DNA of 64,000 nt, taken from NCBI GenBank assembly GCA_017882545.1, contig JADGPG010000055.1, positions 860 to 64,859 of the forward strand. The letters run 5' to 3'. Shown here in pieces: positions 24,747-36,570 of the stretch. The notes under the pieces were generated by a model. That model saw only the letters and a list, made by a program, of their open reading frames with translations, made no database searches and had not been told where the DNA came from. Every line of letters starts with the position of its first letter. Within the stretch, counting starts at the first letter, position 1. The stretch comes from Thermoleophilia bacterium. GTDB taxonomy: Bacteria; Actinomycetota; Thermoleophilia; Miltoncostaeales; Miltoncostaeaceae. A program made the position numbers and the translations under genes.

Positions 24747-26171
24747 GTGACCCGCCGCCTCGTCGTCAACGCCGCCGTGCTGGTCGCGGCAGTCGCAGGC
24801 GTTGGCGCAGGCGCGTGGATCGTGGTGGGCCACCGCGCCGGGTCCGGGTACACCGCGCAAGCGGAGGCCGTCGCCCAACACCCCGTACCGCTCCGCCGGG
24901 CTCGGGCGGTTCCGCGCCCGTGCGCGCACGCGGCCACGACCGTGTCCGATCCGGTACTGGCATCGATCATCGGAGCATGGTCCGCCAAGCATCCTGCGAC
25001 GGCGGTCACCGTCTGGCGCACCTCCTCGGCGGTTGCGGCCTGCCCGATACCCGTCGCCTCCCGAAATCAGTACACCCCGCTGCTCCCGGCTTCGAATCAG
25101 AAGCTCATCACCACGGCGGGCGCACTGCTCACGCTTGGACCGAATTTCCGGTACACGACCAATCTGGTCGCACCGGCGGGCGCCGTAATCAACCACGGCG
25201 TGCTGACCGGCACCGTGACGTTGGTGGGCACCGGCGATCCATTGCTTGCGACGTCGACCTATTCGCACCACTACCTCGGCACCGTGGGGGACACGATCAA
25301 CGTCCTCGCCGGACGGCTCCGTCACGTGAGCGCCGCGCACCCGGCCGTGTCCCACCTCACCGGGGCGGTGCGCGTGAACGGAGACGTATTCGACGCCGCC
25401 GAGTTCCCGCCGGACTGGACCGCGGCCGACATCGGGTCGATCCAGCCCCTGTCGGGGGCCGCAACCAACGAAGATTTTGCCGGGGACGTCCAGCAGGCGG
25501 CGGTCGCGAACCCGGTTCTTGCCAGCGCGCAACGTCTGCGCACGGCGCTCCGTACCGCCCACGTGACGACGGCGGCCGGTGCGCGCATCGGGTACGGGGC
25601 GATCCCCCGATTGCACCGAGTGCTCGCCTCCGTCAGCTCACCGCCGCTGCGCACGATCGTGCGCGTCATGAACGTGCCGAGCGACGATTTCATCGCCGAG
25701 CAACTCATCAAGACCGTCGGTGCGCATGCCACGGTTCGCGGGACCTCTGCCCGCGGACTGGCACGGGTCCGGGCCGACATGGCCGGGCTGCTGGGCGTCA
25801 CCAGGGCGGGCGATCACATCGCCGACGGGTCGGGACTTGCGCGGGCCGATCGTGAGACCTCCCTCTCGCTTGCGTGGCTGATGCTGGACGCGCAGCGCGC
25901 CCCGTCGTGGGGCGCATCGCTCGTGGCGTCCCTTCCGGCCCCGGGTCAGGGAACACTGCGCCATCGTCTGGGCGGCATGGCGGGGCGCGTCCGCGCCAAG
26001 ACCGGCACGCTCAACGACGTGTCGTCGCTGACCGGGGTCGTACACGCACGCAACGGCAAGACCTACACCTTCGTCATCCTTTGCAACGGGCTCAAGGCGA
26101 AGGACATCGGCTCGGCGCACACGTTCCAGGATGCGATCGTCACCCGCTTGGTGGGCGGCGTCGCCGGCTAA
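24747..26171 (+). CDS. dacB: D-alanyl-D-alanine carboxypeptidase/endopeptidase (PBP4, S13 family)
   Basis: 474 aa from GTG 24747. Motifs PASNQKLIT (SxxK), ADGSGL (SxN-like) and AKTGTL (KTG). Confidence 0.85.
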   Translation: MTRRLVVNAAVLVAAVAGVGAGAWIVVGHRAGSGYTAQAEAVAQHPVPLRRARAVPRPCAHAATTVSDPVLASIIGAWSAKHPATAVTVWRTSSAVAACPIPVASRNQYTPLLPASNQKLITTAGALLTLGPNFRYTTNLVAPAGAVINHGVLTGTVTLVGTGDPLLATSTYSHHYLGTVGDTINVLAGRLRHVSAAHPAVSHLTGAVRVNGDVFDAAEFPPDWTAADIGSIQPLSGAATNEDFAGDVQQAAVANPVLASAQRLRTALRTAHVTTAAGARIGYGAIPRLHRVLASVSSPPLRTIVRVMNVPSDDFIAEQLIKTVGAHATVRGTSARGLARVRADMAGLLGVTRAGDHIADGSGLARADRETSLSLAWLMLDAQRAPSWGASLVASLPAPGQGTLRHRLGGMAGRVRAKTGTLNDVSSLTGVVHARNGKTYTFVILCNGLKAKDIGSAHTFQDAIVTRLVGGVAG

Positions 26172-27016
26172 CGGCTCTCCGGCGCCTCCGCGACGACAAA
26201 CAGTTTGGTGAAGTCGTAGACGAATGCGCCGTCAGTTTGGGCCGCGCAGAGGGCCGCGTCCGCTCGCGCCAGCTGGGTCTCGCGGTCGTCGGGGGTGCGG
26301 TGCGCCCAGAGGTGCGATGCCACCGCCCGCATCCGATCGAGGTACTGGTCCGGTGAGACCCGACGCTGGCGGCGCTCGACCCAGAGATCGAGCTCCCGCA
26401 GCCCGGCCAAGCGCAGATACCCACGCATCTCGTCCGGATAGATCTCGTTGCTGAGGATCGAGTCCGCCAGCTCCGGGAGAATCGGAGGTACGGCGGTACG
26501 TGAGATCTCGACGAACTGGGCGTCGTGCCCCGGCCCCGGGCCCAGCAGGGCGAGAATTCCGCCCGGACGCAAGGCGGCCGCCATCGCGGCGATCGCGCCG
26601 GCCCGGTCGTCGAACCAGTGGAGGGCCATGGTGCACAGCACCAGATCCATCGAGCGCGCGGGCACGCCCATGTCCAGTACATCGGCGACCCGCAGCGTTG
26701 CGGTGATGTCGGGGTGGCGGCTGAGCTTGTGGGAGAACTGCTCAAGCATTCCCGCCGACGCGTCGATGCCGGTCACCGTCCGCACCGGATACCTGTCGAT
26801 GAGCTGCATGGTCGCGAAGCCGGTGCCACAGGCCACGTCGAGCAGATCATGGTACTCGCGTTGAGGAAGGGCCCCGACGAGCCGCTGCGCCCCGGCATGG
26901 TTGAACCCGACGTGGTCGTCGTACACGTGGGCACTGCGGTCGAAACTCTCCCGCGGCTGCTCGACCTCGGCGGCATCGTCAGACATGCGGGCAAGCCTAT
27001 CGGGCCGGTTCGGCAC
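26168..27016 (-). CDS. class I SAM-dependent methyltransferase
   Basis: 282 aa. [15 protein letters not shown] motif [10 protein letters not shown]. Confidence 0.85.
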   Translation of the reverse strand: MPNRPDRLARMSDDAAEVEQPRESFDRSAHVYDDHVGFNHAGAQRLVGALPQREYHDLLDVACGTGFATMQLIDRYPVRTVTGIDASAGMLEQFSHKLSRHPDITATLRVADVLDMGVPARSMDLVLCTMALHWFDDRAGAIAAMAAALRPGGILALLGPGPGHDAQFVEISRTAVPPILPELADSILSNEIYPDEMRGYLRLAGLRELDLWVERRQRRVSPDQYLDRMRAVASHLWAHRTPDDRETQLARADAALCAAQTDGAFVYDFTKLFVVAEAPESR

Positions 27017-27085
27017 ATCGCAGCCGGCGTCGCTCGTAGGCTGTGGGCCTGCAGATCCGATCCGACGACGAACCGGAGCCCGAGA

Positions 27086-28732
27086 ATGGCCTCATCCCTC
27101 GTGACCCCGACGGACGGTCCGCGCCGCCTACGGTCCTGGCAGGCGCTGGCGACCGCAGCCCAGAGCGCCCGTGAGGTCCACCTGCGGGAGCTGTTTGCCG
27201 CCGATCCCGACCGCGGACTGCGCCTGCGCGTGACCGGGGGCGGGCTGGAGCTGGATTATGCCAAGCAACGGGTCACCGACGCGATCGTCGCCGACTTGGT
27301 GGCGCTGTCCGAGGAGGCCGGCCTACCGGAGCGCCGAGACGCCATGTTCACCGGTGCGCGGATCAACACCTCCGAGCAGCGGTCGGTGCTCCACGTCGCG
27401 TTGCGGATGCCCCGCGGGCGCGCGCTGATCGTCGACGGTGTCGATGTGGTCGGCCAGGTCCACGGGGTGCTCGACCGGATGGGGCGATTCGCCAACGCGG
27501 TGCGCTCCGGAGCACATCGGGGCTACACCGGAAAGACGATTCGGAATGTGATCAACATCGGCATCGGCGGGTCCGACCTCGGGCCGGTGATGGTCGACGG
27601 TGCGCTGTCGGCGTTTCGGAATCCGGACCTGCGGCTGCGGTTCGTCTCCAACGTGGATGCGGACGCGATTCTCGATGCAACGCGCGATCTGGACCCGGCC
27701 GAGACCCTCATCATCGTGTCGTCAAAGACGTTTACGACCCGCGAAACGATGACCAACGCCCACACCGCCCGCAGCTGGCTTGTGGCCGGGATCGGCGATG
27801 AGGCGGCGGTCGCACACCACGTCGTGGCCGTATCGACCAACGCCGATGGCGTGCGGGCGTTCGGCATCGACCCCGACAACATGTTCGGCTTCTGGGACTG
27901 GGTCGGCGGTCGGTACTCGTTGGACTCCGCGATCGGTCTGTCCACAATGATCGCGATCGGCCCGGACCGTTTTGCCGAGCTGCTCGGCGGATTTCACTCA
28001 ATGGATGACCACTTCCGCGCCGCGCCCGCGGCGGTGAATCTTCCCGTGCTGATGGGGGTCCTGGCCGTCTGGAATCGCAACTTTCTCGGCGCCGGTACCA
28101 CGGCAGTACTTCCCTACAGCCAACATCTGCACCGGTTCCCGGCATACCTTCAGCAGCTCACGATGGAATCCAACGGCAAGCATGTGACCGCATCCGGGCA
28201 GCCCGTCGACTACGACACCGGCGCGATCTACTGGGGCGAGCCGGGGACCAACGGCCAGCACAGCTTCTACCAGCTGCTGCACCAGGGAACGACGCTCGTG
28301 CCGGCGGATCTCATCGGCATCCTCCAGCCGACCGAGCCTGTGGGCGACCACCAGGACTTTCTTTTGGCGAACCTCGTCGCCCAAGCCGAGGCGCTGGCAT
28401 TCGGCCGGACGGCGCAGGAACTGCGCGACGAGGGGGTTGACGAGGCGCTGGTCGCGCACAAACTCATGCCCGGCAACCGCCCCACGTCAGTCATCTTCGC
28501 TGAGCGGCTGACTCCCGCAACCCTCGGCGCGCTGGTTGCCCTCTACGAGCACAGCGTGTTCGTTCAGTCGGTGATCTGGGGGATCGACGCGTTCGACCAA
28601 TGGGGGGTCGAGCTGGGGAAGAAACTCGCGACCGCCATTGCCGATGAAATCACCCGGCCCGTCGAGCCCGACCTCGGCCACGACAGCTCCACGAACGCCC
28701 TCATCCGACGTATCCGGCAGGCCCGGGCCTAG
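27086..28732 (+). CDS. pgi: glucose-6-phosphate isomerase
   Basis: 548 aa from ATG 27086. [41 protein letters not shown]. Confidence 0.95.
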   Translation: MASSLVTPTDGPRRLRSWQALATAAQSAREVHLRELFAADPDRGLRLRVTGGGLELDYAKQRVTDAIVADLVALSEEAGLPERRDAMFTGARINTSEQRSVLHVALRMPRGRALIVDGVDVVGQVHGVLDRMGRFANAVRSGAHRGYTGKTIRNVINIGIGGSDLGPVMVDGALSAFRNPDLRLRFVSNVDADAILDATRDLDPAETLIIVSSKTFTTRETMTNAHTARSWLVAGIGDEAAVAHHVVAVSTNADGVRAFGIDPDNMFGFWDWVGGRYSLDSAIGLSTMIAIGPDRFAELLGGFHSMDDHFRAAPAAVNLPVLMGVLAVWNRNFLGAGTTAVLPYSQHLHRFPAYLQQLTMESNGKHVTASGQPVDYDTGAIYWGEPGTNGQHSFYQLLHQGTTLVPADLIGILQPTEPVGDHQDFLLANLVAQAEALAFGRTAQELRDEGVDEALVAHKLMPGNRPTSVIFAERLTPATLGALVALYEHSVFVQSVIWGIDAFDQWGVELGKKLATAIADEITRPVEPDLGHDSSTNALIRRIRQARA

Positions 28733-31395
28733 ACCCCCTGCGACATCAGCGCGGCCTGGGCGGCGGCGATGCGTGCGGTCTGCACGCGGAACGGTGAGCA
28801 CGACACGTAGTCGATCCCGATCGACCCGAAAAAGTGGATCGAGTCCGGGTCGCCGCCGTGCTCGCCGCAGACCCCGAGCGTGATGTGCGGCTTGACCTCG
28901 CGGGCGCTAGCACCGGCGATCCGGATGAGTTTCCCGACGCCTGCGCGATCGACATGTTCGAACGGATTGCTGCGCAGGATGCCTTTCGCGAGATAGTCGC
29001 CGAGGAACTTCGTCTCGGCATCGTCGCGACTGAACCCGAGCGTGGTCTGGGTCAGGTCGTTGGTCCCGAACGAGAAGAAGTCGGCCTGTCGGGCGATCTC
29101 GTCTGCGACCAGCGCAGCCCTCGGCAGCTCGATCATCGTGCCCACGTGAAACTCCACCTCGGTCCCCGCTTCGGCAAAGACCGCATCCGCGACATCCAGG
29201 CAGTGCTCCCGCAGCCATCGCAGCTCGTCTTCGAACCCCACCAAGGGAATCATGATCTCGACGATCGGGGCCAGCCCGGTGCGCGTCTTGACATCGCAGG
29301 CGGCCGTCAGAATCGCCGCCACCTGCATGCGGTATAGGTCGGGGATTTCAATGCCGAGGCGGCACCCGCGGGTGCCGAGCATCGGGTTGACCTCTTTGAG
29401 GCGTTCCACCCGCGGAAGCTGATCGGCCGCTTCGGGATCGGCAACCCCCGTCGCCTCCGCCCGGGCTACGCGGATGCGAAGGTCCGTGTAATCGGGCAAG
29501 AACTCGTGCAGGGGTGGATCGAGCAGCCGGATCGTGACCGGAAGGCCTTCCATGGCCTCAAAGATTCCGACGAAATCGTCGATCTGAAACTGGCGCAGCT
29601 GATCGAGGGCAGCGACGAGGTGCTCGTGGGTGTCGGCCATGATCATGTCCCGGACGTGCGGGAGGCGATCCTCGCCACCGAACATGTGCTCGGTCCGGCA
29701 GAGCCCGATCCCCTCGGCACCGAATTCCCGCGCGCGGCGCGCGTCGTCGGGGGTGTCCGCATTGGTGCGTACGCGCATGGTGCGGAATGCGTCGGCCCAC
29801 GACAGCACCCGCTCGAGGTACGGATTGTGCGGGTCGGGCGGCAGCAGCGGCAACTGGCCGACGTAGACGGTGCCCCGGGCGCCGTCGATCGTGATCCAAT
29901 CACCCTCCTGCAGTGATATTTCGTCCCGGATAACAAGGCGCCCGGCAACATCGTCGACAGTGAGATCCGTGACTCCCGTCACCGCCGGGGTGCCCATGCC
30001 GACTGCCACGATCGCGGCGTGGCTCGTCTTCCCGCCGCGGGCGGTGAGGATGCCCTTGGCAGCGACCATCCCGTGAAAGTCGTCGGGGGTCGTTTCATCG
30101 CGAACGAGAATGACGCTCTCCCCCGCCGTTCCTCGCCGCTCGGCCTCGTCGGCCGTGAACACCACCACGCCGGTGGCGGCCCCGGGTGACGCCTGGACGC
30201 CGGTGGCCGCAGGGCCGGGTGCGTCGGAGATATCCAAGCGCGGCAGCAGCAGCTGCCGGACCTGGTCCGCCACCACCAGCGACCGCATTGCCTCTCCCGG
30301 CGCAAGCAGACCCTCGTCGACCATGTCGACCGCGATCCGCAGCATGGCTTCCGCGCTGCGCATGCCGTTGCGGGTCTGGAGCATGTACAGCTGGCCGTCT
30401 TCGATGGTGAACTCGACGTCCTGCATGTTGCGGTAGGTCTTCTCCAGAAGCCCCATTGTCGCCACAAGCTGGTCGTACGCCTCGGGCAGATGCGCCCGCA
30501 ACTCCACCAACGGCTCGGGAGTCCTGGTGCCGGCCACGACGTCTTCGCCCTGCGCGTTGATGAGGAACTCGCCGAACGGCTCGCCTGGCTCCCCGGTGGT
30601 GTTATTCCGTGTGAATGCCACGCCCGTGGCGGACCGCGGTCCGGTGTTGCCGAACACCATCTGCTGGACGTTGACCGCGGTCCCAAGGTCATCAGGAATC
30701 CGGTGGACCCTGCGGTAGTCCCGCGCGCGCCGGTTGTCCCAGCTCTCGAAGACCGCGTTGATCGCCGCGTCAAGCTGGGCATGGGGCTCCTGCGGAAACT
30801 CGTGCCCGAGATGTTCTCGGTAGATCCGCTTGAAGGTCTCCACCAGCTGTCGCAGGTCCTCCGACGACAGCTCGACGTCCTGGGCGACGCCGCGGGCGCT
30901 CTTGAGTGCCGTCAGGGCCCCCTCGAAGAGCGTCCGGTCGACCCCGGCGACCACGTCGCCGAACATCTGAATGAATCGCCGGTAGGAGTCGTAGGCGAAC
31001 CGTGGGTTCCCGGTCCGGGCGGCAAGCCCCTCCACCGAGGCGTCGTTCAGACCCAGGTTCAAGACCGTGTCCATCATGCCCGGCATCGATTCCGGGGCAC
31101 CCGAGCGCACCGAGACCAGCAACGGATCGCGCGAGTCTCCCAGCCGCTTGCCGGTGCGCTGCTCGAGGGCGGCGAGGTGCCTGGAGATCTCGCCCTCGAG
31201 CCCGGCGGGCATGACGTGTCCGCCCGACAGGTAGTCGATGCACGCACGGGTCGTGATGGTGAACCCTCCCGGCACTGGAAGGCCCAGACGGGTCATCTCC
31301 GCGATGTTGGCGCCCTTGCCCCCGAGGAGCATCCGCATGTCGCGGGAACCCTCCGAGAAGTTGTAGACCCGCTTGGTCGACGAGACGGCACTCAC
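28729..31395 (-). CDS. ppdK: pyruvate, phosphate dikinase
   Basis: 888 aa. [24 protein letters not shown], phospho-His loop [41 protein letters not shown] overlap with the glyS stop. Confidence 0.95.
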   Translation of the reverse strand: MSAVSSTKRVYNFSEGSRDMRMLLGGKGANIAEMTRLGLPVPGGFTITTRACIDYLSGGHVMPAGLEGEISRHLAALEQRTGKRLGDSRDPLLVSVRSGAPESMPGMMDTVLNLGLNDASVEGLAARTGNPRFAYDSYRRFIQMFGDVVAGVDRTLFEGALTALKSARGVAQDVELSSEDLRQLVETFKRIYREHLGHEFPQEPHAQLDAAINAVFESWDNRRARDYRRVHRIPDDLGTAVNVQQMVFGNTGPRSATGVAFTRNNTTGEPGEPFGEFLINAQGEDVVAGTRTPEPLVELRAHLPEAYDQLVATMGLLEKTYRNMQDVEFTIEDGQLYMLQTRNGMRSAEAMLRIAVDMVDEGLLAPGEAMRSLVVADQVRQLLLPRLDISDAPGPAATGVQASPGAATGVVVFTADEAERRGTAGESVILVRDETTPDDFHGMVAAKGILTARGGKTSHAAIVAVGMGTPAVTGVTDLTVDDVAGRLVIRDEISLQEGDWITIDGARGTVYVGQLPLLPPDPHNPYLERVLSWADAFRTMRVRTNADTPDDARRAREFGAEGIGLCRTEHMFGGEDRLPHVRDMIMADTHEHLVAALDQLRQFQIDDFVGIFEAMEGLPVTIRLLDPPLHEFLPDYTDLRIRVARAEATGVADPEAADQLPRVERLKEVNPMLGTRGCRLGIEIPDLYRMQVAAILTAACDVKTRTGLAPIVEIMIPLVGFEDELRWLREHCLDVADAVFAEAGTEVEFHVGTMIELPRAALVADEIARQADFFSFGTNDLTQTTLGFSRDDAETKFLGDYLAKGILRSNPFEHVDRAGVGKLIRIAGASAREVKPHITLGVCGEHGGDPDSIHFFGSIGIDYVSCSPFRVQTARIAAAQAALMSQGV

Positions 31396-33491
31396 CGCTC
31401 GCCCCCACGGTCGGTGATGCTGGTGAAGTCGGCGATCCCCGTAAACGTGGCGGCGACGTCGGCGACCAACTGGTACCGCCGGCTCCGGACCGTGGGGTCT
31501 TCGGCATTCACGAGAACGTCCGTGAAGAACGTAGCGACGGCCGCGGCAAGCGGCCCGGCGGCGTCCAGCGCAGCCTCGAGGTCCCGGTCGGCACGCGCTC
31601 CCGCGATGCGGCTCGCCGCCAGCTCGCGTGCGGTGGCGAGCGCATCCTCGCCGGGATCCCCGGCAGCGGAAAAGTGCCCATCCGGCACGTCGCTCCGGGC
31701 CGCCAGCCGGGACAGTCGGGTGCTCGCGGTCCAGATCGCCCAGAATCGCTCCTCGCCACGGTGGCGATCGAGCGCCCGGGCCCAGTCCGCGGTCGCCACG
31801 ATGCTGCCGAGTCGCGCACCATGGGCGGCTGCGACGGATTCGGGATTGATGCCCTCTCCCGACAACTGGAACGCGACGCGGTCGGCGATGAACTCGTCGA
31901 GAGCCGTCAGCGCCTGTGCGTGGTTCTCCGGCACGTCGGTCCCATGGGCGGCGAGGCGCTCGGCGGCGGCCCGAATCACGGGATCGAGATCGATGTCCCA
32001 GTCCCGGGCGATCAGCACGCGCACGACGCCGGACGCGGCCCTGCGCAGCCCGTATGGATCCTTCGAACCGGTCGGGGCTTCGCCGACGAGGAAGGCGCCG
32101 ACTAGGTTGTCGAGCTTGTCCGCGAGAGCCACGGCGGCGGCAACGTCGGTGGACGGGAGCGGCGAGCCCGGACCCTCCGGCAGATAGTGCTCGCGGATCG
32201 CCGTCACCACGGCGGGAGCTTCGCCCGCACGCTCCGCGTATTCGGCCCCGACGTATCCCTGGAGATCGGAGAACTCGGCGACGAGGACCGCGCCCTGATC
32301 GACCTTCGCCAGTTCACCGGCCCGCCGGGCGTCGCGGACGTGGGCGTCGGGCAATCCGGCGGCCCGTGCGATGTCCTCCGCCAACGCCGCCAGCCGGTCC
32401 CGCTTATTGGCCATCGATCCGAGCCGCTTGTGGAACACGATCGTGTCGAGGCGGTCGTTCAACGCGGCAAGTCCGGCATCTAGGTCACGATCGAAGCTGA
32501 AGGACGCGTCCTGGAGGCGTGCGTCAAGCACGTCGGCGTTGCCCCGCGTGATCACCACGGCGTGGGCCGGATCGCCGTTCGACACCGCCAGAAAGCGGGG
32601 CTCGAGGGTGCCGTCGGCGCGCTCAAGGGGGAAGTACCGCTGGTGCGACTGCATGGCGGTCACGAGCACCGGCGTCGGTAACCGAAGATGCTCGCTCCGG
32701 ATGTCGCCGACGATGACGCTCGGCCGTTCGACCAGAAAGAGGACCTCCTCGAGCTTGCCACCCGGGTCACGCCAGCTACACCCGAGCGCCGAGGCGGCGG
32801 CATCGAGATCGGCCACGATCTCGGCTCGCCGTTCGATGTGGTCGGCGATGACCCCGACGTCGCGCAACTGGCCTCGATACCGGCTGGCATCCGCGATCGC
32901 GGCCGGCCCACCGAGGAAGCGGTGCCCATGGCTCACCTCGCCCGCGGCGATCCCGTGCACCTCGAACGGAATCGTGCGATCGCCGAGCTTGGCGACGATC
33001 CAGCGGACCGGGCGCGAGAACCGCAGTCCCACCCCCGCACCCCATCGCATGTTCTTCGAGAAACGGATGCCGTCAATAACGGCCGCGGCGATCTCCGGAA
33101 CCAGCTTGGCCGTCTCGGCAGGCGGCTCATGGAGTTCGGCAAACACAAATCGCCGTCCGCCATCGTCCCTGACCACCAGCTCATCCGCAGAGATCCCCTG
33201 CGACCGTGCGAAGCCGACGGCAGCGGCCGTGGGCGCCCCGTCCGCGTCGAACGCCGCGCGCTCGGCGGGTCCCCGCACGTCGCGGGTGCGCCCCTCGCGC
33301 TCAGACGGGAGGTCGCGGGCGATGAGCGCGATGCGGCGCGGCCCGACCAGCACCTCGATCGCAGACTCCGGCAGACGCTGGGCCGCAAGGGCCTCGGCGG
33401 CAAGCCGTGGGACCTGGGCGATCGCCTCCCGGCAGGCGGAGGCCGGTAGTTCCTCACATCCGATCTCGATCAGCAGGTCAGGCATCGGCAT
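31392..33491 (-). CDS. glyS: glycine--tRNA ligase beta subunit
   Basis: 699 aa. [16 protein letters not shown]-terminus typical of GlyS. Follows glyQ with an overlap. Confidence 0.93.
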   Translation of the reverse strand: MPMPDLLIEIGCEELPASACREAIAQVPRLAAEALAAQRLPESAIEVLVGPRRIALIARDLPSEREGRTRDVRGPAERAAFDADGAPTAAAVGFARSQGISADELVVRDDGGRRFVFAELHEPPAETAKLVPEIAAAVIDGIRFSKNMRWGAGVGLRFSRPVRWIVAKLGDRTIPFEVHGIAAGEVSHGHRFLGGPAAIADASRYRGQLRDVGVIADHIERRAEIVADLDAAASALGCSWRDPGGKLEEVLFLVERPSVIVGDIRSEHLRLPTPVLVTAMQSHQRYFPLERADGTLEPRFLAVSNGDPAHAVVITRGNADVLDARLQDASFSFDRDLDAGLAALNDRLDTIVFHKRLGSMANKRDRLAALAEDIARAAGLPDAHVRDARRAGELAKVDQGAVLVAEFSDLQGYVGAEYAERAGEAPAVVTAIREHYLPEGPGSPLPSTDVAAAVALADKLDNLVGAFLVGEAPTGSKDPYGLRRAASGVVRVLIARDWDIDLDPVIRAAAERLAAHGTDVPENHAQALTALDEFIADRVAFQLSGEGINPESVAAAHGARLGSIVATADWARALDRHRGEERFWAIWTASTRLSRLAARSDVPDGHFSAAGDPGEDALATARELAASRIAGARADRDLEAALDAAGPLAAAVATFFTDVLVNAEDPTVRSRRYQLVADVAATFTGIADFTSITDRGGER

Positions 33492-34341
33492 TCTCCGTCT
33501 GCGCGGCCAGATACGCGGCGGCCGCCTTGGCGGCCAGGGCGCGCACGCGCCAGATGTACGCGCCTCGCTCGGTCACGCTGATCACGCCACGTGCGTCGAG
33601 CAGGTTGAAACTGTGGCTGCATTTGAGCACCTGGTCGTAGGCCGGCAGCACGAGTCCGGCGTCCAGACAGCGCAGGCATTCGGCCTCGTGGGCGCCGAAC
33701 TGGGTAAACAGTGCGTCGGTGTCGGCAATCTCAAAGTTGTACGCACTCCATTGGCGCTCGTTTTCCTGGTACACGTCGCCGTAGGTGACCCCGTCGGTCC
33801 ATTCGAGCGCGTAGACCGAGCGGACGCCCTGGATGTACATCGCAATGCGCTCCAGCCCATAGGTGAGCTCGACCGAGATCGGGGTGAGATCGATGCCCCC
33901 GGCCTGTTGGAAGTACGTGAACTGGGTGATCTCCATCCCGTCCATCCACACTTCCCATCCCAATCCCCATGCGCCGAGGGTCGGGCCTTCCCAGTCGTCT
34001 TCCACGAACCGCACGTCGTGTTCCTCAGGGCGAATTCCGAGCGCGACCAGCGAGCCGAGATAGAGGTCCTGGACATCCTCGGGCGATGGCTTGAGCAGCA
34101 CCTGATACTGGAAGTAGTGCTGCAACCGGAACGGGTTCTCGCCGTATCGCCCGTCGGTCGGTCGGATCGACGGCTCCACATACGCCGTCCTCCACGGCGA
34201 CGGGCCCAGACTGCGGAGCAACGTGGCAGGGTTGAATGTGCCCGCCCCGACCTCCGTGTGGTACGGGTTCATGATCAGACACCGCTGATCGCCCCAATAG
34301 GCGTGCAACCGGAGGATCATGTCCTGAAACGTCAACGCCAC
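33478..34341 (-). CDS. glyQ: glycine--tRNA ligase alpha subunit
   Basis: 287 aa from GTG 34341 (GAGGGTGG upstream). (M)[42 protein letters not shown]... Confidence 0.95.
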   Translation of the reverse strand: MALTFQDMILRLHAYWGDQRCLIMNPYHTEVGAGTFNPATLLRSLGPSPWRTAYVEPSIRPTDGRYGENPFRLQHYFQYQVLLKPSPEDVQDLYLGSLVALGIRPEEHDVRFVEDDWEGPTLGAWGLGWEVWMDGMEITQFTYFQQAGGIDLTPISVELTYGLERIAMYIQGVRSVYALEWTDGVTYGDVYQENERQWSAYNFEIADTDALFTQFGAHEAECLRCLDAGLVLPAYDQVLKCSHSFNLLDARGVISVTERGAYIWRVRALAAKAAAAYLAAQTENADA

Positions 34342-34554
34342 GTGCGGTCCACCCTCTCGCATGCCCGGATCATCGTCGATCGTCCCTCCGCGTTGGGCGG
34401 GACCGACGCGCCCAGCGCCAGCACCAGCGCCCACACCGGACGGCGGGCCGAGTCCGCCGCACCCACCGCATCATCGACGCCGGACGCCGGTGTCAGGGGA
34501 CGTCCGGGAGCATACCGTCCGAGGACGCAGAGATCGTCTGACGGCGGCGCAGGG

Positions 34555-35289
34555 CTAGAGCGGCATCGCCGATCGGAGGGTCACGCCGAGGTGCTCCTTG
34601 AGCACCAGACCGATCATGCGCTCAACCCCGACTCGCGCACCCGGTGGGCACACCTCACGGGCGTCGGCGAGTGGATGCCCGACCAGCCCTGCGAACGCGT
34701 TGCGTGCCGCCCCGTCGAGCGGCTCACCTGCGCTGGCGCAGCTGTCGCAGAGCATTCCTCCGGCGTGGGCGGAGAATGCCACCAGTGGACCGGGCGATCC
34801 GCAGCTGGCGCAGCTCGCCAGTCGGGGTAGCAGACCCGACACGACCAGGATCTTCGCCTGAAATCCGAGCACCACCGGATCCAGGCGCGGCGGCCCGGGA
34901 AGGGGTACGGCGACCGCCAGAAGTCCGAGCGTCCGGGCGAGCAGGTAGAAGATCTCCGGCATGGCCTCATGCTCGGGCACGCTGCGGAGCACCGTCTCCA
35001 GGACCGACCCGGCTGCACGGAGCCGATATCCCTCCTGCCAGAGGCCCGCGTGCGCTTGGATCGTGGACGCGCTCCGAACCGTACCCAGATCGCCGCGCCC
35101 GCGCGCCACGCCGACGTGGATCCACACGCCGGGCTGGAGGCGCCCTCCGAGCTTCGAGCCGCTCTTGCGCGCGCCCTTGGCGATCGCGGAGAATCGCCCC
35201 TGGTCCGGCGAATAAAAGGCCAGCACGACGTCCGCCTCGGAAAACCGGATCGTCCGGAGGACGATTGCTTCGGTGTCGATGGAGGCCAC
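34555..35289 (-). CDS. recO: DNA repair protein RecO
   Basis: 244 aa. AIVLRTIRFSEADVVLAFYSPDQGRFSAIAKGARK and a CxxC...CxxC zinc module. Confidence 0.9.
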   Translation of the reverse strand: MASIDTEAIVLRTIRFSEADVVLAFYSPDQGRFSAIAKGARKSGSKLGGRLQPGVWIHVGVARGRGDLGTVRSASTIQAHAGLWQEGYRLRAAGSVLETVLRSVPEHEAMPEIFYLLARTLGLLAVAVPLPGPPRLDPVVLGFQAKILVVSGLLPRLASCASCGSPGPLVAFSAHAGGMLCDSCASAGEPLDGAARNAFAGLVGHPLADAREVCPPGARVGVERMIGLVLKEHLGVTLRSAMPL

Positions 35290-35356
35290 GCACCCATGGT
35301 GACACGGCCCGCCGACGCTGGGGCCGGGACGGGAGCCGTCATGTACCCTACGGGGT

Positions 35357-35611
35357 ATGCCTCATGTCGTGATGTACACCACATCGGTCTGCCCCTACTG
35401 CACTCGCGCCAAAGCGCTGCTCGCCGCCAAGGGCGTCGAGTTCGAGGAGCGCAGCGTCGACCTGTCACCCGACGGCCGCCGGTTCTTGGTCGAGCTCACG
35501 GGACGCCAGACCGTCCCGCAGATCCTCATCGATGACGACCCCGTCGGCGGGTTCGACGAATTGTCCGCGCTCAACCGGTCCGGGGACCTCGACCGGCTGC
35601 TCGCCGCCTAG
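35357..35611 (+). CDS. grxC: glutaredoxin
   Basis: 84 aa. VVMYTTSVCPYCTRAKALL...TVPQILIDDDPVGGFDEL. Confidence 0.88.
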   Translation: MPHVVMYTTSVCPYCTRAKALLAAKGVEFEERSVDLSPDGRRFLVELTGRQTVPQILIDDDPVGGFDELSALNRSGDLDRLLAA

Positions 35612-36570
35612 AGGGCTGCGCGGCGGTCGGACGCTGTCGGGACCGACCGTATCGACGTGGCGGCGCGAATTGCGTTGCGAATCGCGGTGGCGGTCAGCGA
35701 CGCTGCGGCGGCCCCGACGATAAACGGCGATGATGGGCGCTTGCCGGCGGCTAGCACGAATGTCACGTCCCCGTCCATCGGCGTGTGGACGGGAGCGATG
35801 GCGCGCGCAACCCCTGCCGATGCGACCCGGGCGACTTGAGCCGCCTCGGCTTTGGACAGCGCTGCGTCGGTCATGGCGCAGACCAGGGTCGTGTTGCTCA
35901 CCAGTCGCGGATGCTCGGGGACGATCTCGAGGCCTGCACGGCGGGCATCGGCGAAGCCCCCAGCCGAGCGCCATGCCCCGGCGAGGATCCGTCCGTCCTC
36001 GTCGATGATGTCGCCGAATGCGTTGACGACGACCAGGACCGCCACGGTGGCACCCTCGGTCGTGACCGCGCCGGCGACCCCAACGCCGCCCTTGCACCAG
36101 CCGCTGCGGCCGAACAGCTTGCCCACGGTCGCCCCCGTGCCGGCGCCGACGCTGCCCTGCGCCGGCGGGCCGGGTGCTGCCGCGACACACGCGGCGAAGG
36201 CGTCGTTGGGCTCGGGGTGGCGGAGATTCCCGCTGATCCCGAGGTCGAAGATCACCGCCGTCGGGACGATCGGCACCGTGGCGACGCTGACGTCGTAGCC
36301 GATGCCCTGGTCCAGGCACCATCGGACCACCCCGGCGGTGGCGTCAAGACCAAATGCGCTTCCGCCCGTCAGCAGGAGCGCCGAGACCCCGACAAACGGC
36401 GAATCCACGGACAGGAGGTCGGTCTCGCGCGTTCCCGGGCCGCCCCCGCGGATGTCCACGGCCGCGACCGCGTCCCGCGGAGGGATGATGACCGTGCAGC
36501 CGGTCCCGGCGTCGGCGTGTGTCCAGTGGCCAATGCTGAAGTCCGTCGGCCACGTGGAACTGTCGGTCAT
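35608..36570 (-). CDS. P1/S58-family aminopeptidase (DmpA/BapA-like)
   Basis: 320 aa from ATG 36570 (ATGA overlap with the mutM stop). GHWTHADAGTGCTVII, GPGTRETDLL, SNTTLVCAMTDA. Confidence 0.8.
   Translation of the reverse strand: MTDSSTWPTDFSIGHWTHADAGTGCTVIIPPRDAVAAVDIRGGGPGTRETDLLSVDSPFVGVSALLLTGGSAFGLDATAGVVRWCLDQGIGYDVSVATVPIVPTAVIFDLGISGNLRHPEPNDAFAACVAAAPGPPAQGSVGAGTGATVGKLFGRSGWCKGGVGVAGAVTTEGATVAVLVVVNAFGDIIDEDGRILAGAWRSAGGFADARRAGLEIVPEHPRLVSNTTLVCAMTDAALSKAEAAQVARVASAGVARAIAPVHTPMDGDVTFVLAAGKRPSSPFIVGAAAASLTATAIRNAIRAATSIRSVPTASDRRAAL

Noticed and set aside
34342-34554. T-box riboswitch upstream of glyQ
   Set aside because: On the coding strand I find GCGGTGGGTGCGGCGG, but not the conserved GGGTGGTACCGCG-type T-box, a GA/K-turn plus specifier-loop arrangement with GGC, or a terminator with a U tract. 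Only a covariance-model search (Rfam T-box) could settle it.
30490-34830. Long plus-strand ORFs 30490-32187 (565 aa) and 32371-34830 (819 aa)
   Set aside because: They are antisense shadows of ppdK, glyS, glyQ and recO with low-complexity Ala/Arg/Ser/Pro translations, as expected in high-G+C DNA.
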